Shown here: positions 18,391 to 27,331 of the stretch, one piece after another
Numbering within the stretch: the first letter of the stretch is position 1
How the letters are laid out: the number at the start of each line of letters is the position of its first letter
DNA from: a virus
Length of the DNA: 64,000 bases
IMG/VR virus record: IMGVR_UViG_3300036791_000264
Span: 1-64,000 of that record
Direction: 5' to 3' (one strand)
Notes under the pieces: generated by a model
The model's input: only the letters and a program-made list of their open reading frames with translations
Databases searched by the model: none
Told to the model about the DNA's origin: nothing
Translations under genes and position numbers: made by a program

Positions 18391-19211
18391 CTTGCTGCCC
18401 AGGTGTTTGGTCCCACCAGACCATCCACACCCAGCCCCTTCTCCTCCTGGAAGCTGCGGCAGACCCCATACGACTGATCTCCATACTGACCATCTATGCC
18501 GATGGCCCATCCCCGGTTCGCCATCTGCTGTTGCCAGGTACGTACGTTCGTCGTATCCACACCGCCGTAGAAACCGGAATGACAATGTGGATCGGGGTCT
18601 GGTCTGCCGAGATAGTGGTCAGCCGGGTAGGGAAAGGGTGGCGCGGGGCCTCCTGGCTTGGGAGGAGTCGTAGGAGGAGTCGGTCCAGGAGCGATGGGCG
18701 CTTCCCCAGAGGCCATCGAGAGAACCGAATCCATGGGAAAGCCAGGGCCGCAGTCCCAGTGCCCTCCTCCCCAACTGCCGAGATCGACGTGCTGACATAC
18801 ACCCCGGCCTCCACCCTGGGCCTGACTGGCTGACAGCTTCACGATGGGGATGCCAAAGGCGGCGGCTTCCTCCTTGACCCACTGGGCACAGTTGTTGAGC
18901 ATGTTGGGGTGCCTGTTCCACTCGGCAGTGTCCCACTTGGCGAAGGCACATAGCTCTGTCTGAACGGCCACAGGATTGGCGTTGCTGGCCGTCCAGGCTT
19001 TGTTGCCCCTGTCGACATATTCCCCGCAGATACCGGCCTTGTCATCGATGCCGGTGTGTGAGGACACGCCACTACTGGGATTTTGGAAAAAACTTCCCAA
19101 TGACTCGATGCTGGTCGATCCCTCAGCGGTATGCAGCACTATCAGGCGCACACTGCTACCACCCCGGCTGGAGTAGTTGGGACTCATGATGCGCTTCCGC
19201 TGTAGGGCCAT
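18369..19211 (-). CDS. Endolysin: Amidase_2 plus peptidoglycan-binding domain
   Basis: LIVLHTAEG, SSH, AWTA, HWDCGPGFP; Pro-rich linker; IDGQYG...FQEEKGLGVDGLVGPNTW (PG_binding_1). Confidence 0.92.
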   Translation of the reverse strand: MALQRKRIMSPNYSSRGGSSVRLIVLHTAEGSTSIESLGSFFQNPSSGVSSHTGIDDKAGICGEYVDRGNKAWTASNANPVAVQTELCAFAKWDTAEWNRHPNMLNNCAQWVKEEAAAFGIPIVKLSASQAQGGGRGVCQHVDLGSWGGGHWDCGPGFPMDSVLSMASGEAPIAPGPTPPTTPPKPGGPAPPFPYPADHYLGRPDPDPHCHSGFYGGVDTTNVRTWQQQMANRGWAIGIDGQYGDQSYGVCRSFQEEKGLGVDGLVGPNTWAASWTAPVT

Positions 19212-19349
19212 TCATTCCTCCTCAGGTGGTACTGCACCGGGGGTACCATCGTCGGCCAGGGACTCGGCAGGCTCTTCCGCTGGCTCGGGCACCGGCTCAG
19301 GGGCTGGCTCAGGCTCGGGGGCCGGGGTGGGTTCTTCGGTAGTGGACAT
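19212..19349 (-). CDS. 45-aa acidic Pro/Glu-rich peptide
   Basis: Not in the ORF track. GAAAGGA RBS, MSTTEEPTPAPEPEPAPEPVPEPAEEPAESLADDGTPGAVPPEEE; its stop abuts the endolysin ATG. Confidence 0.6.
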   Translation of the reverse strand: MSTTEEPTPAPEPEPAPEPVPEPAEEPAESLADDGTPGAVPPEEE

Positions 19350-19363
19350 GGTGTTCCTTTCAG

Positions 19364-20179
19364 TTAGCTCGCCCAGAACTCAGCGTAGATAGTGGAGAAG
19401 CCTGCCGTGAGCGCGGTGTATTGCCACAGGACTACGGTCTCTGTGGGTCGCAGGACTACCGTCGCAGGAGTTCGGATGTAGGCACCGGCATAAACGCCCC
19501 CACCCGAAAGCTCTGCTGATGCGACGATGTTCGCCCCGGTGTCACGGGTGATCACCCATATCTGGTCGCCGGTCTCATCTGCTGTGACAACGTGCAGGAA
19601 CGAGGTGAAGACCGAATGCAGGTTGCCGTCGTTGGGCGCCGTCCAGAAGAGTAAATCCTTCGACCCGGTGGTGGAGGGAGTCACGCCATTTATTCCGGTC
19701 GTGGCTGTTAGTGCTAGTGGGCTGGTGGGTCCGGTAGGCCCCGCAGGACCGGTGCCACCAGTAGGTCCGACTGAGCCTTGCGCTCCGGTGGGACCGACTA
19801 CTCCTTGGGGACCGGTCGGACCCGCGGTACCAGTTGGGCCGGCAGGCCCCTGGGGACCAGCCACCATGTTGAGTGCTTGCCAGGCCGTCCCGTTCCACCA
19901 GTAGACGACGTAGCTGGTGGTCCCCACCAGCCATACCATGCCCTGCTGTTCGGTGGTGGGAGCCGCCGGCAGATGGCTGGTGTCTGGCACCACACCAGCG
20001 ACGGTGAAGCCTCCAGGAGGGCCATGGACACCTGTGGGACCGACTGGGCCTGCTGGACCGGTTGGTCCCTGCACACCACCTGGACCCCGTGGGCCTGGTG
20101 CGCCTGGAGGCCCCGGCAATCCAGGGACGGTGATCTCGATCACGTCCGCAGTAGGCCCGGTAACCGTGATGTCACTCAT
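19364..20179 (-). CDS. Collagen-like virion fibre protein
   Basis: Two G-P-x tracts and a C-terminal beta domain; start placed at ATG 20179. Confidence 0.8.
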   Translation of the reverse strand: MSDITVTGPTADVIEITVPGLPGPPGAPGPRGPGGVQGPTGPAGPVGPTGVHGPPGGFTVAGVVPDTSHLPAAPTTEQQGMVWLVGTTSYVVYWWNGTAWQALNMVAGPQGPAGPTGTAGPTGPQGVVGPTGAQGSVGPTGGTGPAGPTGPTSPLALTATTGINGVTPSTTGSKDLLFWTAPNDGNLHSVFTSFLHVVTADETGDQIWVITRDTGANIVASAELSGGGVYAGAYIRTPATVVLRPTETVVLWQYTALTAGFSTIYAEFWAS

Positions 20180-20624
20180 AGCTGCCCCGCTCTCCGATGG
20201 TAAGGGCCAGGTTGGTGCTGGGACTGAGGGGCCGGCTGATGTTCGGGTCCACGTTGAAGAAGCCGCGCATGATGCGATCCTGCACTCCACTGGCCGCGTA
20301 GGTGGCGAAGATGTCGTACACGTAGGACCGCCCGATACCCCAGAACCCAACGGCCTGGACGGCGCCGGGATAGTTGCCCTGGGCGAAGTAGACCAGCGAA
20401 TCCTCCGCGCTGATGTGAAGCTGGATGGTGGCGCCATCCCCCAGGATGGTGCAGCGGCTGCTGGCGGCATCGAGGCGCAGCACTAGCACCCAGTTGGTGT
20501 TGCGGATCTCCATGACCGCGTTACTCAAGGGCACCAGCCGTCCGGTCTGGGAGTCCCTGATCCCCACGGTCCTCTGCCAGTCGGCCCAGGAGTCGAGATT
20601 GAAGTCGTATTGCGCCAATGGCAT
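20172..20624 (-). CDS. Beta-sandwich virion adaptor protein (BppU/LtfC-like)
   Basis: DFNLDSWADW...AVMEIR...YVYDI...IMRGFFNVDPNISR pattern. Confidence 0.55.
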   Translation of the reverse strand: MPLAQYDFNLDSWADWQRTVGIRDSQTGRLVPLSNAVMEIRNTNWVLVLRLDAASSRCTILGDGATIQLHISAEDSLVYFAQGNYPGAVQAVGFWGIGRSYVYDIFATYAASGVQDRIMRGFFNVDPNISRPLSPSTNLALTIGERGSYE

Positions 20625-20628
20625 CTGA

Positions 20629-21135
20629 TCACCAAGTCATCGTTTGAACGAAGAAGTCCTGTTGCTGGGTGTCGTTGACCACCTCTTCGGCCTTGACCTG
20701 TTCGCCCAGTGCAGAAATGGTCAGGTAGGTGCCATGAACGAAGCCTTGTTTTTCGTACTTCGTCACCTTGTAGACGATGTTGTCGTAGCTGAAGCGGTCA
20801 CGAAAATGGTTGGCTGTGAAGAGCGGGCTGGTGCGGAAGCGATCCACAGCCGCAGTCACCTGGAAGACGACGCTGGCGGTGGAGAGGACGTAGAAGCCCT
20901 CGTCGGTCTCCAAGGGGTCGTCCTGGCGGAAGTCCACGAACATGACCGGCAGCACCACGGGCTGGTACCAGGCGCGGCTCGGTCCCTCGTCGTAAACCCC
21001 ATTCTTGGTCGAAGCCATGGCGTCGTACTCGGCCCACAGGACGCTCTCGCCCCAGTAGCGCTGGTAGTTCTGCATGACCTCGTTCATGCGGATGATCTGG
21101 TCTTTCTGGAACCAGGCTGGTGTGTAGAGGGGCAT
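20629..21135 (-). CDS. Putative head closure / neck protein
   Basis: GESVLWAEYD...VYDEG...DRFSYDNIVYKV; start ATG 21135 (TAATG overlap). Confidence 0.55.
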   Translation of the reverse strand: MPLYTPAWFQKDQIIRMNEVMQNYQRYWGESVLWAEYDAMASTKNGVYDEGPSRAWYQPVVLPVMFVDFRQDDPLETDEGFYVLSTASVVFQVTAAVDRFRTSPLFTANHFRDRFSYDNIVYKVTKYEKQGFVHGTYLTISALGEQVKAEEVVNDTQQQDFFVQTMTW

Positions 21136-21563
21136 TACCAGGCCAACCTCGACGCCACGGTGCGGTGGTGACCCTCTGCGATCCACTCTTGACCACCGTG
21201 GTGGTAGGTCTCTGGTTCGTAGGGGACGTGTGGCCCTTCGTGTTCATCGATGTCGTAGTCGGGGTCAAGCTCTGGGACGTGACCCTGGGCGTATCGCTTC
21301 AGGGTGGGGACGTGCAGATGTCGCTGGGAGGTCATGACTGATCCACTGGGATAGCCCCGGCTCTCTCCATAGCCCTGAGTCACTCCGACGATGTGCGGAG
21401 CGTCCACGTCCTCTCTGGTCTGGTGGACATCAGCCCGGTGCATGACGTGCTTTGCCACTCGGCCTTCGATCACATCAGGCACCTTGCTGCCACCCAGTGA
21501 TGGGTGCAGTCCACCGACCTGAGCTAGGTCGAACTGCTGAGGGCTGAGAGCGCGGTGGCTCAT
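21135..21563 (-). CDS. ParB/Srx-like domain protein with N-terminal RALSPQQF tag
   Basis: MTSQRHL...WIAEGHHRTVA ParB/Srx core motif. Confidence 0.65.
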   Translation of the reverse strand: MSHRALSPQQFDLAQVGGLHPSLGGSKVPDVIEGRVAKHVMHRADVHQTREDVDAPHIVGVTQGYGESRGYPSGSVMTSQRHLHVPTLKRYAQGHVPELDPDYDIDEHEGPHVPYEPETYHHGGQEWIAEGHHRTVASRLAW

Positions 21564-22676
21564 CTACCACCAGCCCACCCAACCAGTATTGATGGTCGTC
21601 CAGGCCCAGTAGTACCCGTAGCCGGTCTCCGGATTGACGTCCCTGGTGGGGTCGATGTCGGTGCTGGGCTGGAGGGCCACGTAGCGCCGGCCCTCGTAGT
21701 CGATGAGATCCTGGGGCTGGTAGGTGATCTTGGAACCCCACAGGCCCTGGTAGGTGTACATCTTCTGGGTGACGTCGATCTGCGGCATCTCCCGCTGGGG
21801 CCAGGTCAGGTCGTCGTACTCCTTGGAGCGGTAGATAGGCACCAGCCTCTTCGTGGTGCGCGAGACCCGCCGCAGCCTCGACTGGGTGATGCGGTACAGG
21901 CCCACGCCCAGGGCGCTCGACAGGGCCATGTACTGACCGTTGAGCCGGTCGATCATCTGGGTGATCTGGTTGAAGGTCTGGCTGATGGGGATGGTCACCC
22001 CATCAGGAGTATGGACGTCGTGCTGTTGGGCCACTCCGGTGGCGATGTCCCACAGCGCCATGACGGTGACCAGGATCGAGATGGGGTACTCCTCGACCTC
22101 ACTGATCATCATGGGAGCCGGCGTGCCGTAGGTGACAGGCTGGCCCGTAGTACCCAGTTGTGGAGGCATGCTCGGGGGGTAGCCGGTGTCGATGTCGCCG
22201 GTTGGACTGGTGCCGTAGGTGTGCTGGATATAGGCCGTCCGCACGTACAGATCAAGCTCGGGAGGGAGCAGGTCGCGGTAGTAGGTGCCCTGGGCCACCA
22301 GGAGCAGGCCGGCGGCTGGCGCCTGCGTGAAGACCAGGACGCCACCATGCTCGTCCAGGACGAAGTCAAAGCCCAGGTTGGCCTGGGTAGTACCCCCCAC
22401 CGTGGTGTCGGTCAAGACCACTTGGAGGTTGGGCGACGACACGTTCTCGACGGGAAGCTCAAAGCGAAAGGCCACGCCAGAGCAGGTCTGCCGGCAGATG
22501 AAGGGCCGGGGCAGATCCCGTAACCGGAGCCGCGCCATCTGGGAGATTCGCTGCGTCGATGCAGGGTTGACCGGAGGATAGGGCAGCCCTTGGTCGGTGT
22601 CGGGGTACTGCCCCGGCTGGCCTGCGGTGATGTCGTATGGGTTCGGAAGCCCGGAGACTGGCCCAGTTACTGACAC
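21564..22676 (-). CDS. Head-to-tail adaptor (neck) protein with C-terminal carbohydrate-binding-like module
   Basis: RLRLRD...EEYPI...ALWDIA...PDGVTIP...RLRRVSRTTKRLVPIY; C-terminal W..KITYQPQDLIDYEGRRYVA (CBM5/12-like). Leaderless GTG start. Confidence 0.6.
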   Translation of the reverse strand: MSVTGPVSGLPNPYDITAGQPGQYPDTDQGLPYPPVNPASTQRISQMARLRLRDLPRPFICRQTCSGVAFRFELPVENVSSPNLQVVLTDTTVGGTTQANLGFDFVLDEHGGVLVFTQAPAAGLLLVAQGTYYRDLLPPELDLYVRTAYIQHTYGTSPTGDIDTGYPPSMPPQLGTTGQPVTYGTPAPMMISEVEEYPISILVTVMALWDIATGVAQQHDVHTPDGVTIPISQTFNQITQMIDRLNGQYMALSSALGVGLYRITQSRLRRVSRTTKRLVPIYRSKEYDDLTWPQREMPQIDVTQKMYTYQGLWGSKITYQPQDLIDYEGRRYVALQPSTDIDPTRDVNPETGYGYYWAWTTINTGWVGWW

Positions 22677-22682
22677 AGCACC

Positions 22683-22730
22683 AGGCTACGTCCGGGTGGT
22701 CAGGGGGGGCGCGACACCCGGACCTAGCAT
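22683..22730. promoter_or_regulatory. Back-to-back GGTG-class promoters (neck/lysis operon on minus, tail operon on plus)
   Basis: Plus: GGTGGTCAGGGGGGGCGCG 22695, TAGCAT 22725. Minus: GGTGTCG 22718, TAGCCT 22688, 6 nt before GTG 22676. Confidence 0.6.
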
Positions 22731-22800
22731 TGTCGCTATCCGGTCTGCTTTCACCGGTCAGGTAGTACAGCCAGAAAATGCCTAGCTTTGTGAGGAAAAA

Positions 22801-23217
22801 ATGCCTTCCTCGTCGTACAACTGCGTCAAAAAATCAGACGTGGCAAAGCTGGGAAAAGCTGTCTCCCAATACAAGAGGATCTCGGATCCAAAGACGATCA
22901 GGAAGCAAGCGTCGAAGGCCGGCGGGCCGTTGCTGGAGCAGATGCAGGGCCTGATCCGGAACGAACCCAGCCTGTCTGAGTACGGTCACATAGCCGACGC
23001 CATGAGCGTCTTCAGCCACGAGGACAACGTCAGTGTCGGCCTGCCCGCGGATCACCCTCTGTTGCCCCAGGCCCAGCAGATGCATGACACCTATCAGGTC
23101 AGCGACGTGGCCTTCGACCTGGCCCAGCAGAGCGGTGACATCGAGGGCGCCTTCCACGACAACCTGGGCCTGCGGTCCCAGCCCTGGTGGCGACGCATGG
23201 TGGAGGCGATGCGATGA
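22801..23217 (+). CDS. Hypothetical neck/tail protein
   Basis: GAGGA RBS; first gene of the tail operon. Confidence 0.6.
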   Translation: MPSSSYNCVKKSDVAKLGKAVSQYKRISDPKTIRKQASKAGGPLLEQMQGLIRNEPSLSEYGHIADAMSVFSHEDNVSVGLPADHPLLPQAQQMHDTYQVSDVAFDLAQQSGDIEGAFHDNLGLRSQPWWRRMVEAMR

Positions 23218-23885
23218 CCATGACCAACCCGGTCAACGACGTCGTCCCCAACCCTCCCTTCCTGGGCCTCTACACCGAAGAGGACATGGGCCTGAAGACA
23301 TTGCTCCAGGGCCTCAGGGTCAGTGATCTGAACGCTCCCGACGAGACTCGCCCGGTGCCGGTGTGGTTTCACAATCCAGAGAGAGAAGAGCGTCGCATCA
23401 CCTACCCCAACATCGTGATCAACTTCACGGGCGAGCGGGTGGCCCATGAGCGCGAGCATCGTGGCTGGGTTGGCATCGGTTACCGGTACCTCCAGGACGT
23501 CCCCTTCGACATCGGGCCGATGCAGGCGCCGCCCTCCATCGAGTGGCCGATCCCGATGGACTTCGACTACACCGTCACGGCCAGCGCCCGGATCAACCAG
23601 CACATCTCTCAGATCTCTGGCAGCTTGGCGTTGAGCAAGCTCCACCCTCGCCTTGCTCAGATGACCTGTCCAGGCGGCACGGTGCGTCGCATCACCATCC
23701 AGGGGGTGACCCGCACCAACAGCATGGAGGCCGACAAGCGGCTCTTCCGGCAGATTTACCAAGTCCGGATCTCTACAGAGGTGGAGGACGTCGTCCTCTT
23801 GCTCAACACCAGGGTGCGTCATGTGGCTCTGAGCATTATGGACATGCAGGGCCACCGTCTGTTGACTCCGGACACCACACCATAG
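23214..23885 (+). CDS. Putative tail terminator/completion protein
   Basis: VPVWFHNPEREERRITYPNIVI...PIPMDFDYTV; directly upstream of the sheath. Confidence 0.65.
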   Translation: MTMTNPVNDVVPNPPFLGLYTEEDMGLKTLLQGLRVSDLNAPDETRPVPVWFHNPEREERRITYPNIVINFTGERVAHEREHRGWVGIGYRYLQDVPFDIGPMQAPPSIEWPIPMDFDYTVTASARINQHISQISGSLALSKLHPRLAQMTCPGGTVRRITIQGVTRTNSMEADKRLFRQIYQVRISTEVEDVVLLLNTRVRHVALSIMDMQGHRLLTPDTTP

Positions 23886-23898
23886 GAAGGAATAGCGC

Positions 23899-25716
23899 AT
23901 GCCCACCTTGACCAGGCCGGGGGTCTACGTCGATGAGTCGTCGTTCCCCACCTACGTCAGCGCCACGCCGGGTACGGCAGCGGCCTGCTTTGTCGCGCCA
24001 TGCCCTCGTGGTCCGCTGACGCCCACCAGGGTCAACTCCTGGAGAGAGTTCACCGCTAGTTACGGTGGCTTTGAAACGGCCTACCCGCCCAGTCTGTTGC
24101 ATCTGGCTGTCTTCTGCTTCTTCTCCGCGGGCGGTACTAGCGCCACCATCATCCGCGCCTACCGGCTCGACGCCTCAGGTCCGACTACGGCGAGTACGAC
24201 ACTGCACGACACGCAAACCGTAGCGCCCCGAACTGTGACTGATGGTGTGACCACTAACAACTCGGCCACGGTCACGTCGGCTACCGCCAACTTCACCAGT
24301 AATGACGTGGGGAGGGGAATCGCAGGAAACGGGATCCCTGCGGGTGCCACGATTCTCACGATCAACAGCCCCAGCAGTGTGGTCATCTCCGCGAATGCCA
24401 CGGCTACCGGTGCTGCGGTCTCCTTGACGATCAGCGGGGGAGGCTTGCCGTCCCTGCAAATCCAGGCTGACAACCCAGGGGCCTGGGCTTCCGGGACGCC
24501 TGCGAATCCCGGTGGTGGACTGTGGATCGACATTCTGCCGGGGAACATCAAGGATTCCAACCAGAACATCATCAGCTTCACCATCCAGGTGAAGTACCAG
24601 GGCAACGGCCCGACGAATGTCGTAGAACACTGGCCGGATTTGTCCATGATCCCTGGCTCGACCAACCTGGGTCAGAACAACTACGCCCCTACCATCGTCA
24701 ACAACCCTTACACCGGGTCCAAGTACATCGAGTTGGTGGACGTCGGGAATACGCCTACGCCCCCGGCGATTCGGGATTACACCTGGAACCCATCCACGAC
24801 CACAGCCCCTGTGCAGTTGGTCGGCGGTACGGATGGTTCGGCTATTACCTTCCAGGATCAACTTACCGCCCTGCACCTTCTGGATCAGTTCCCGGATCAG
24901 CCCTTCGTAATCAACATGCCGGGACTGATCACCGGATCGGACATCTCCAGTGTGGTGGGCTACGCCCAACAGCGTGGTGACGCCTTCGTGGTCATCGATT
25001 GCCCGCCTGGCTACTCCCCGGCCTCCATGGTCACCTTTGCCCAGGGCCTGTCGTCTAGCGCTCAGTGCGCCATCTACTACCCCCAGGTGCAGATCTCTGA
25101 TCCCTACTCGTCGGTGCCTGGTGTGACGCGGATGGTGCCGCCGGGTGGCTTCGTTGTCGGGCAGTACATCGCCACTGATGCCAGGCGAGGAGTGCAGAAG
25201 GCTCCTGCTGGGTTGGGCAACTCTCTCTTAGGGGCTTATGGCCTGGAGACCACGTTGACCAACACTGACCAGGGCAACCTGACTCAGGCCAACGTGAACT
25301 GCTTGGTCTCCATCCCTGGCTCGGGCGTGGTGATCTGGGGTGCCCGTACCCTGTCGCCTTATCTCGTCACCCGGTACGTGCCCGTCGAGCGCACTCTCAT
25401 CTTCCTCTCCACTCAGTTGGTGGCGCTGACGAAGTTCGCGGTCTTTGAACCGAACGACTGGGTGCTGTGGAACATGATCACGTCGATACTGAGCCAGTTC
25501 CTGACGTCGTTCTGGCAGAGTGGTGGTCTTTCGGGGACGAGCGCGGCAGAGGCGTACTACGTCACCTGTGACGCCTCTGTTAACACGCCACAGTCCATTC
25601 AGCAGGGCATCGTCAACATCGAGGTCGGTGTGGCGCTCCAGTACCCAGCCGAGTTCGTCATCATCGCCATCGGCCAGTGGGCCGGCGGTCAGAGCGTCAG
25701 TGTCACCACGGCCTGA
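23899..25716 (+). CDS. Contractile tail sheath protein
   Basis: RPGVYVDE, RGVQKAPAG, VIWGARTL, RYVPVER, FAVFEPND, PAEFVII. Confidence 0.95.
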   Translation: MPTLTRPGVYVDESSFPTYVSATPGTAAACFVAPCPRGPLTPTRVNSWREFTASYGGFETAYPPSLLHLAVFCFFSAGGTSATIIRAYRLDASGPTTASTTLHDTQTVAPRTVTDGVTTNNSATVTSATANFTSNDVGRGIAGNGIPAGATILTINSPSSVVISANATATGAAVSLTISGGGLPSLQIQADNPGAWASGTPANPGGGLWIDILPGNIKDSNQNIISFTIQVKYQGNGPTNVVEHWPDLSMIPGSTNLGQNNYAPTIVNNPYTGSKYIELVDVGNTPTPPAIRDYTWNPSTTTAPVQLVGGTDGSAITFQDQLTALHLLDQFPDQPFVINMPGLITGSDISSVVGYAQQRGDAFVVIDCPPGYSPASMVTFAQGLSSSAQCAIYYPQVQISDPYSSVPGVTRMVPPGGFVVGQYIATDARRGVQKAPAGLGNSLLGAYGLETTLTNTDQGNLTQANVNCLVSIPGSGVVIWGARTLSPYLVTRYVPVERTLIFLSTQLVALTKFAVFEPNDWVLWNMITSILSQFLTSFWQSGGLSGTSAAEAYYVTCDASVNTPQSIQQGIVNIEVGVALQYPAEFVIIAIGQWAGGQSVSVTTA

Positions 25717-25727
25717 GAGGAGGACAC

Positions 25728-26363
25728 ATGACCAGGCCCTTGAACAGTGACCCATTGCGGAACTTCCGCTTTTTGGTCACCATTACCCCACCCCACCCCT
25801 CGGCTGTTCCCACCACTATCGGTCGTATGGGATTCATGGCTGTCTCCGGTTTATCGGTAAACAACGAGGTCATTCCTTACCGTGAAGGCGGCAACAACAC
25901 GACGACCCGTAAGATGCCCGGACAATCTGATTTCGGCCCGCTAACTCTCACAAGAGGGTTCATGGCCGTCCCTGTCAATGGCGGGAATGGCGGCACCGAT
26001 GAGATCTATAAGTGGTTTGAGATGATCTTCGCCGTGGCTGGAGCCTCAGGCAGTGGCACTGGCACACCTGGCATGAACTTCAGAAGCGGCGTGACCATTG
26101 ATGTCCTGGAACACCCCATCACCAAGGGGCCGTCCGCTGCCGGTGTGGATCAGACCCCACCCATCAAGGCACGCTTTGCTGTCTACAACGCCTGGCCTAT
26201 GGGCTACAGCTTCAGCGACCTGGAGGCTGGGGGCAACGCTGTCTTCATCGAGAACCTAACCCTGGCTCACGAGGGATTCGGGGTGGTCGTTTCCACCAGC
26301 AACGATCCGGCCATCTTCGTTGGTGGCTCTCAGTATCCAGCGGCAGGTAATCCTGGTGCCTGA
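25728..26363 (+). CDS. Tail tube protein (T4 gp19-like)
   Basis: DPLRNFRFLV, VSGLS...YREGG...KMPG...LTLTRG, NAWP, IENLTLAHEG; GAGGAGG RBS. Confidence 0.92.
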   Translation: MTRPLNSDPLRNFRFLVTITPPHPSAVPTTIGRMGFMAVSGLSVNNEVIPYREGGNNTTTRKMPGQSDFGPLTLTRGFMAVPVNGGNGGTDEIYKWFEMIFAVAGASGSGTGTPGMNFRSGVTIDVLEHPITKGPSAAGVDQTPPIKARFAVYNAWPMGYSFSDLEAGGNAVFIENLTLAHEGFGVVVSTSNDPAIFVGGSQYPAAGNPGA

Positions 26364-27192
26364 GGATCCACTCGCGGAGTTCACTGGGACGATCATTGAT
26401 CCTGCTGTCAATCCGGAGCAGGCCAATAAGGCCGTTAGGGAACTGACCAGGCCCCCTGTACCACTCATGCCCTCGTTGCCGGCTGACACGGTGACGCTTC
26501 CAGGTGGGTTCCTGGATGACGACGGCGTGTTGCATACAGAGGCACGCATCCGGGAGATCAACGGGTCGGACGAAGAGGCCATGGCTCGTGAGCTTCGTAA
26601 CCCCACCGTCAACATCCCGAAGGTGGTGGATCTCATTCTCAAGAGGTGCGTGCTGTCAGTGGGCACTCATGGATCCACCCCTCAGTTGCTGCTACAGATG
26701 CTGACCGGTGATAGGTCCGCGCTCATGCTGGCGATCCGGATCCTGACCTTTGGCTCGGACTGGGAAGTGCCTGACTTTCCCTGCCGGCTGTGCAACCGAA
26801 CCTTCGGTGTCGTGGTGGAACTCGACAAGGACATCTCCATCCAGGAGATGGAGAACCCCAGGGTGCAGGACATCGAGGTGTCACTACGCAACGGTCACCT
26901 AGCGCTCGTTCACATGCTGACTGGCGCCGTGCAACTGGAGATGGTGGGTGACGGCAACAGGACCGGTCCAGAGGAGGCGACCATCGCCATCGACCGCAGC
27001 ATCCGCTCACTCGATGGCAACCCGGTGATGGGCCACGTCGCCCAGAAGATGAGCATGGCTGACCGCCGCAAGATCATCCAGGCCATGACTGACGCGCAAC
27101 CTGGCCCGCGGATGGAGGAGGTGATGGTGACATGCACCGAGTGCGGTCAGGAAGCCGCCTACCAGTTCAATCTGGTCGATCTCTTTCGCTAA
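26356..27192 (+). CDS. Tail assembly chaperone / hub assembly protein (T4 gp26-like)
   Basis: IREINGSDEE, GDRSALMLAIRILTFG, two CxxC pairs; lies between tube and tape measure. Confidence 0.75.
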   Translation: MPEDPLAEFTGTIIDPAVNPEQANKAVRELTRPPVPLMPSLPADTVTLPGGFLDDDGVLHTEARIREINGSDEEAMARELRNPTVNIPKVVDLILKRCVLSVGTHGSTPQLLLQMLTGDRSALMLAIRILTFGSDWEVPDFPCRLCNRTFGVVVELDKDISIQEMENPRVQDIEVSLRNGHLALVHMLTGAVQLEMVGDGNRTGPEEATIAIDRSIRSLDGNPVMGHVAQKMSMADRRKIIQAMTDAQPGPRMEEVMVTCTECGQEAAYQFNLVDLFR

Positions 27193-27331
27193 CTACGTCA
27201 CCCCATTCGATCTTCTCTATCTCCAGTACCGCCGGATCGCTGAGCGGTTCTCGGGTTGGAGCCTGTCCGAGATCAAAGCCATGAGCTACCCGGAGCGCAT
27301 GCACTGGGTCGACGTCGTTCTGGAGAAGTAA
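27185..27331 (+). CDS. Frameshift extension of the tail assembly chaperone (+1 frame)
   Basis: Reading frame FANYVTPFDLLYLQYRRIAERFSGWSLSEIKAMSYPERMHWVDVVLEK* with no start codon ahead of the conserved part; entered from CTC TTT CGC TAA; ends 1 nt before the tape measure. Confidence 0.7.
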   Translation, partial: FANYVTPFDLLYLQYRRIAERFSGWSLSEIKAMSYPERMHWVDVVLEK

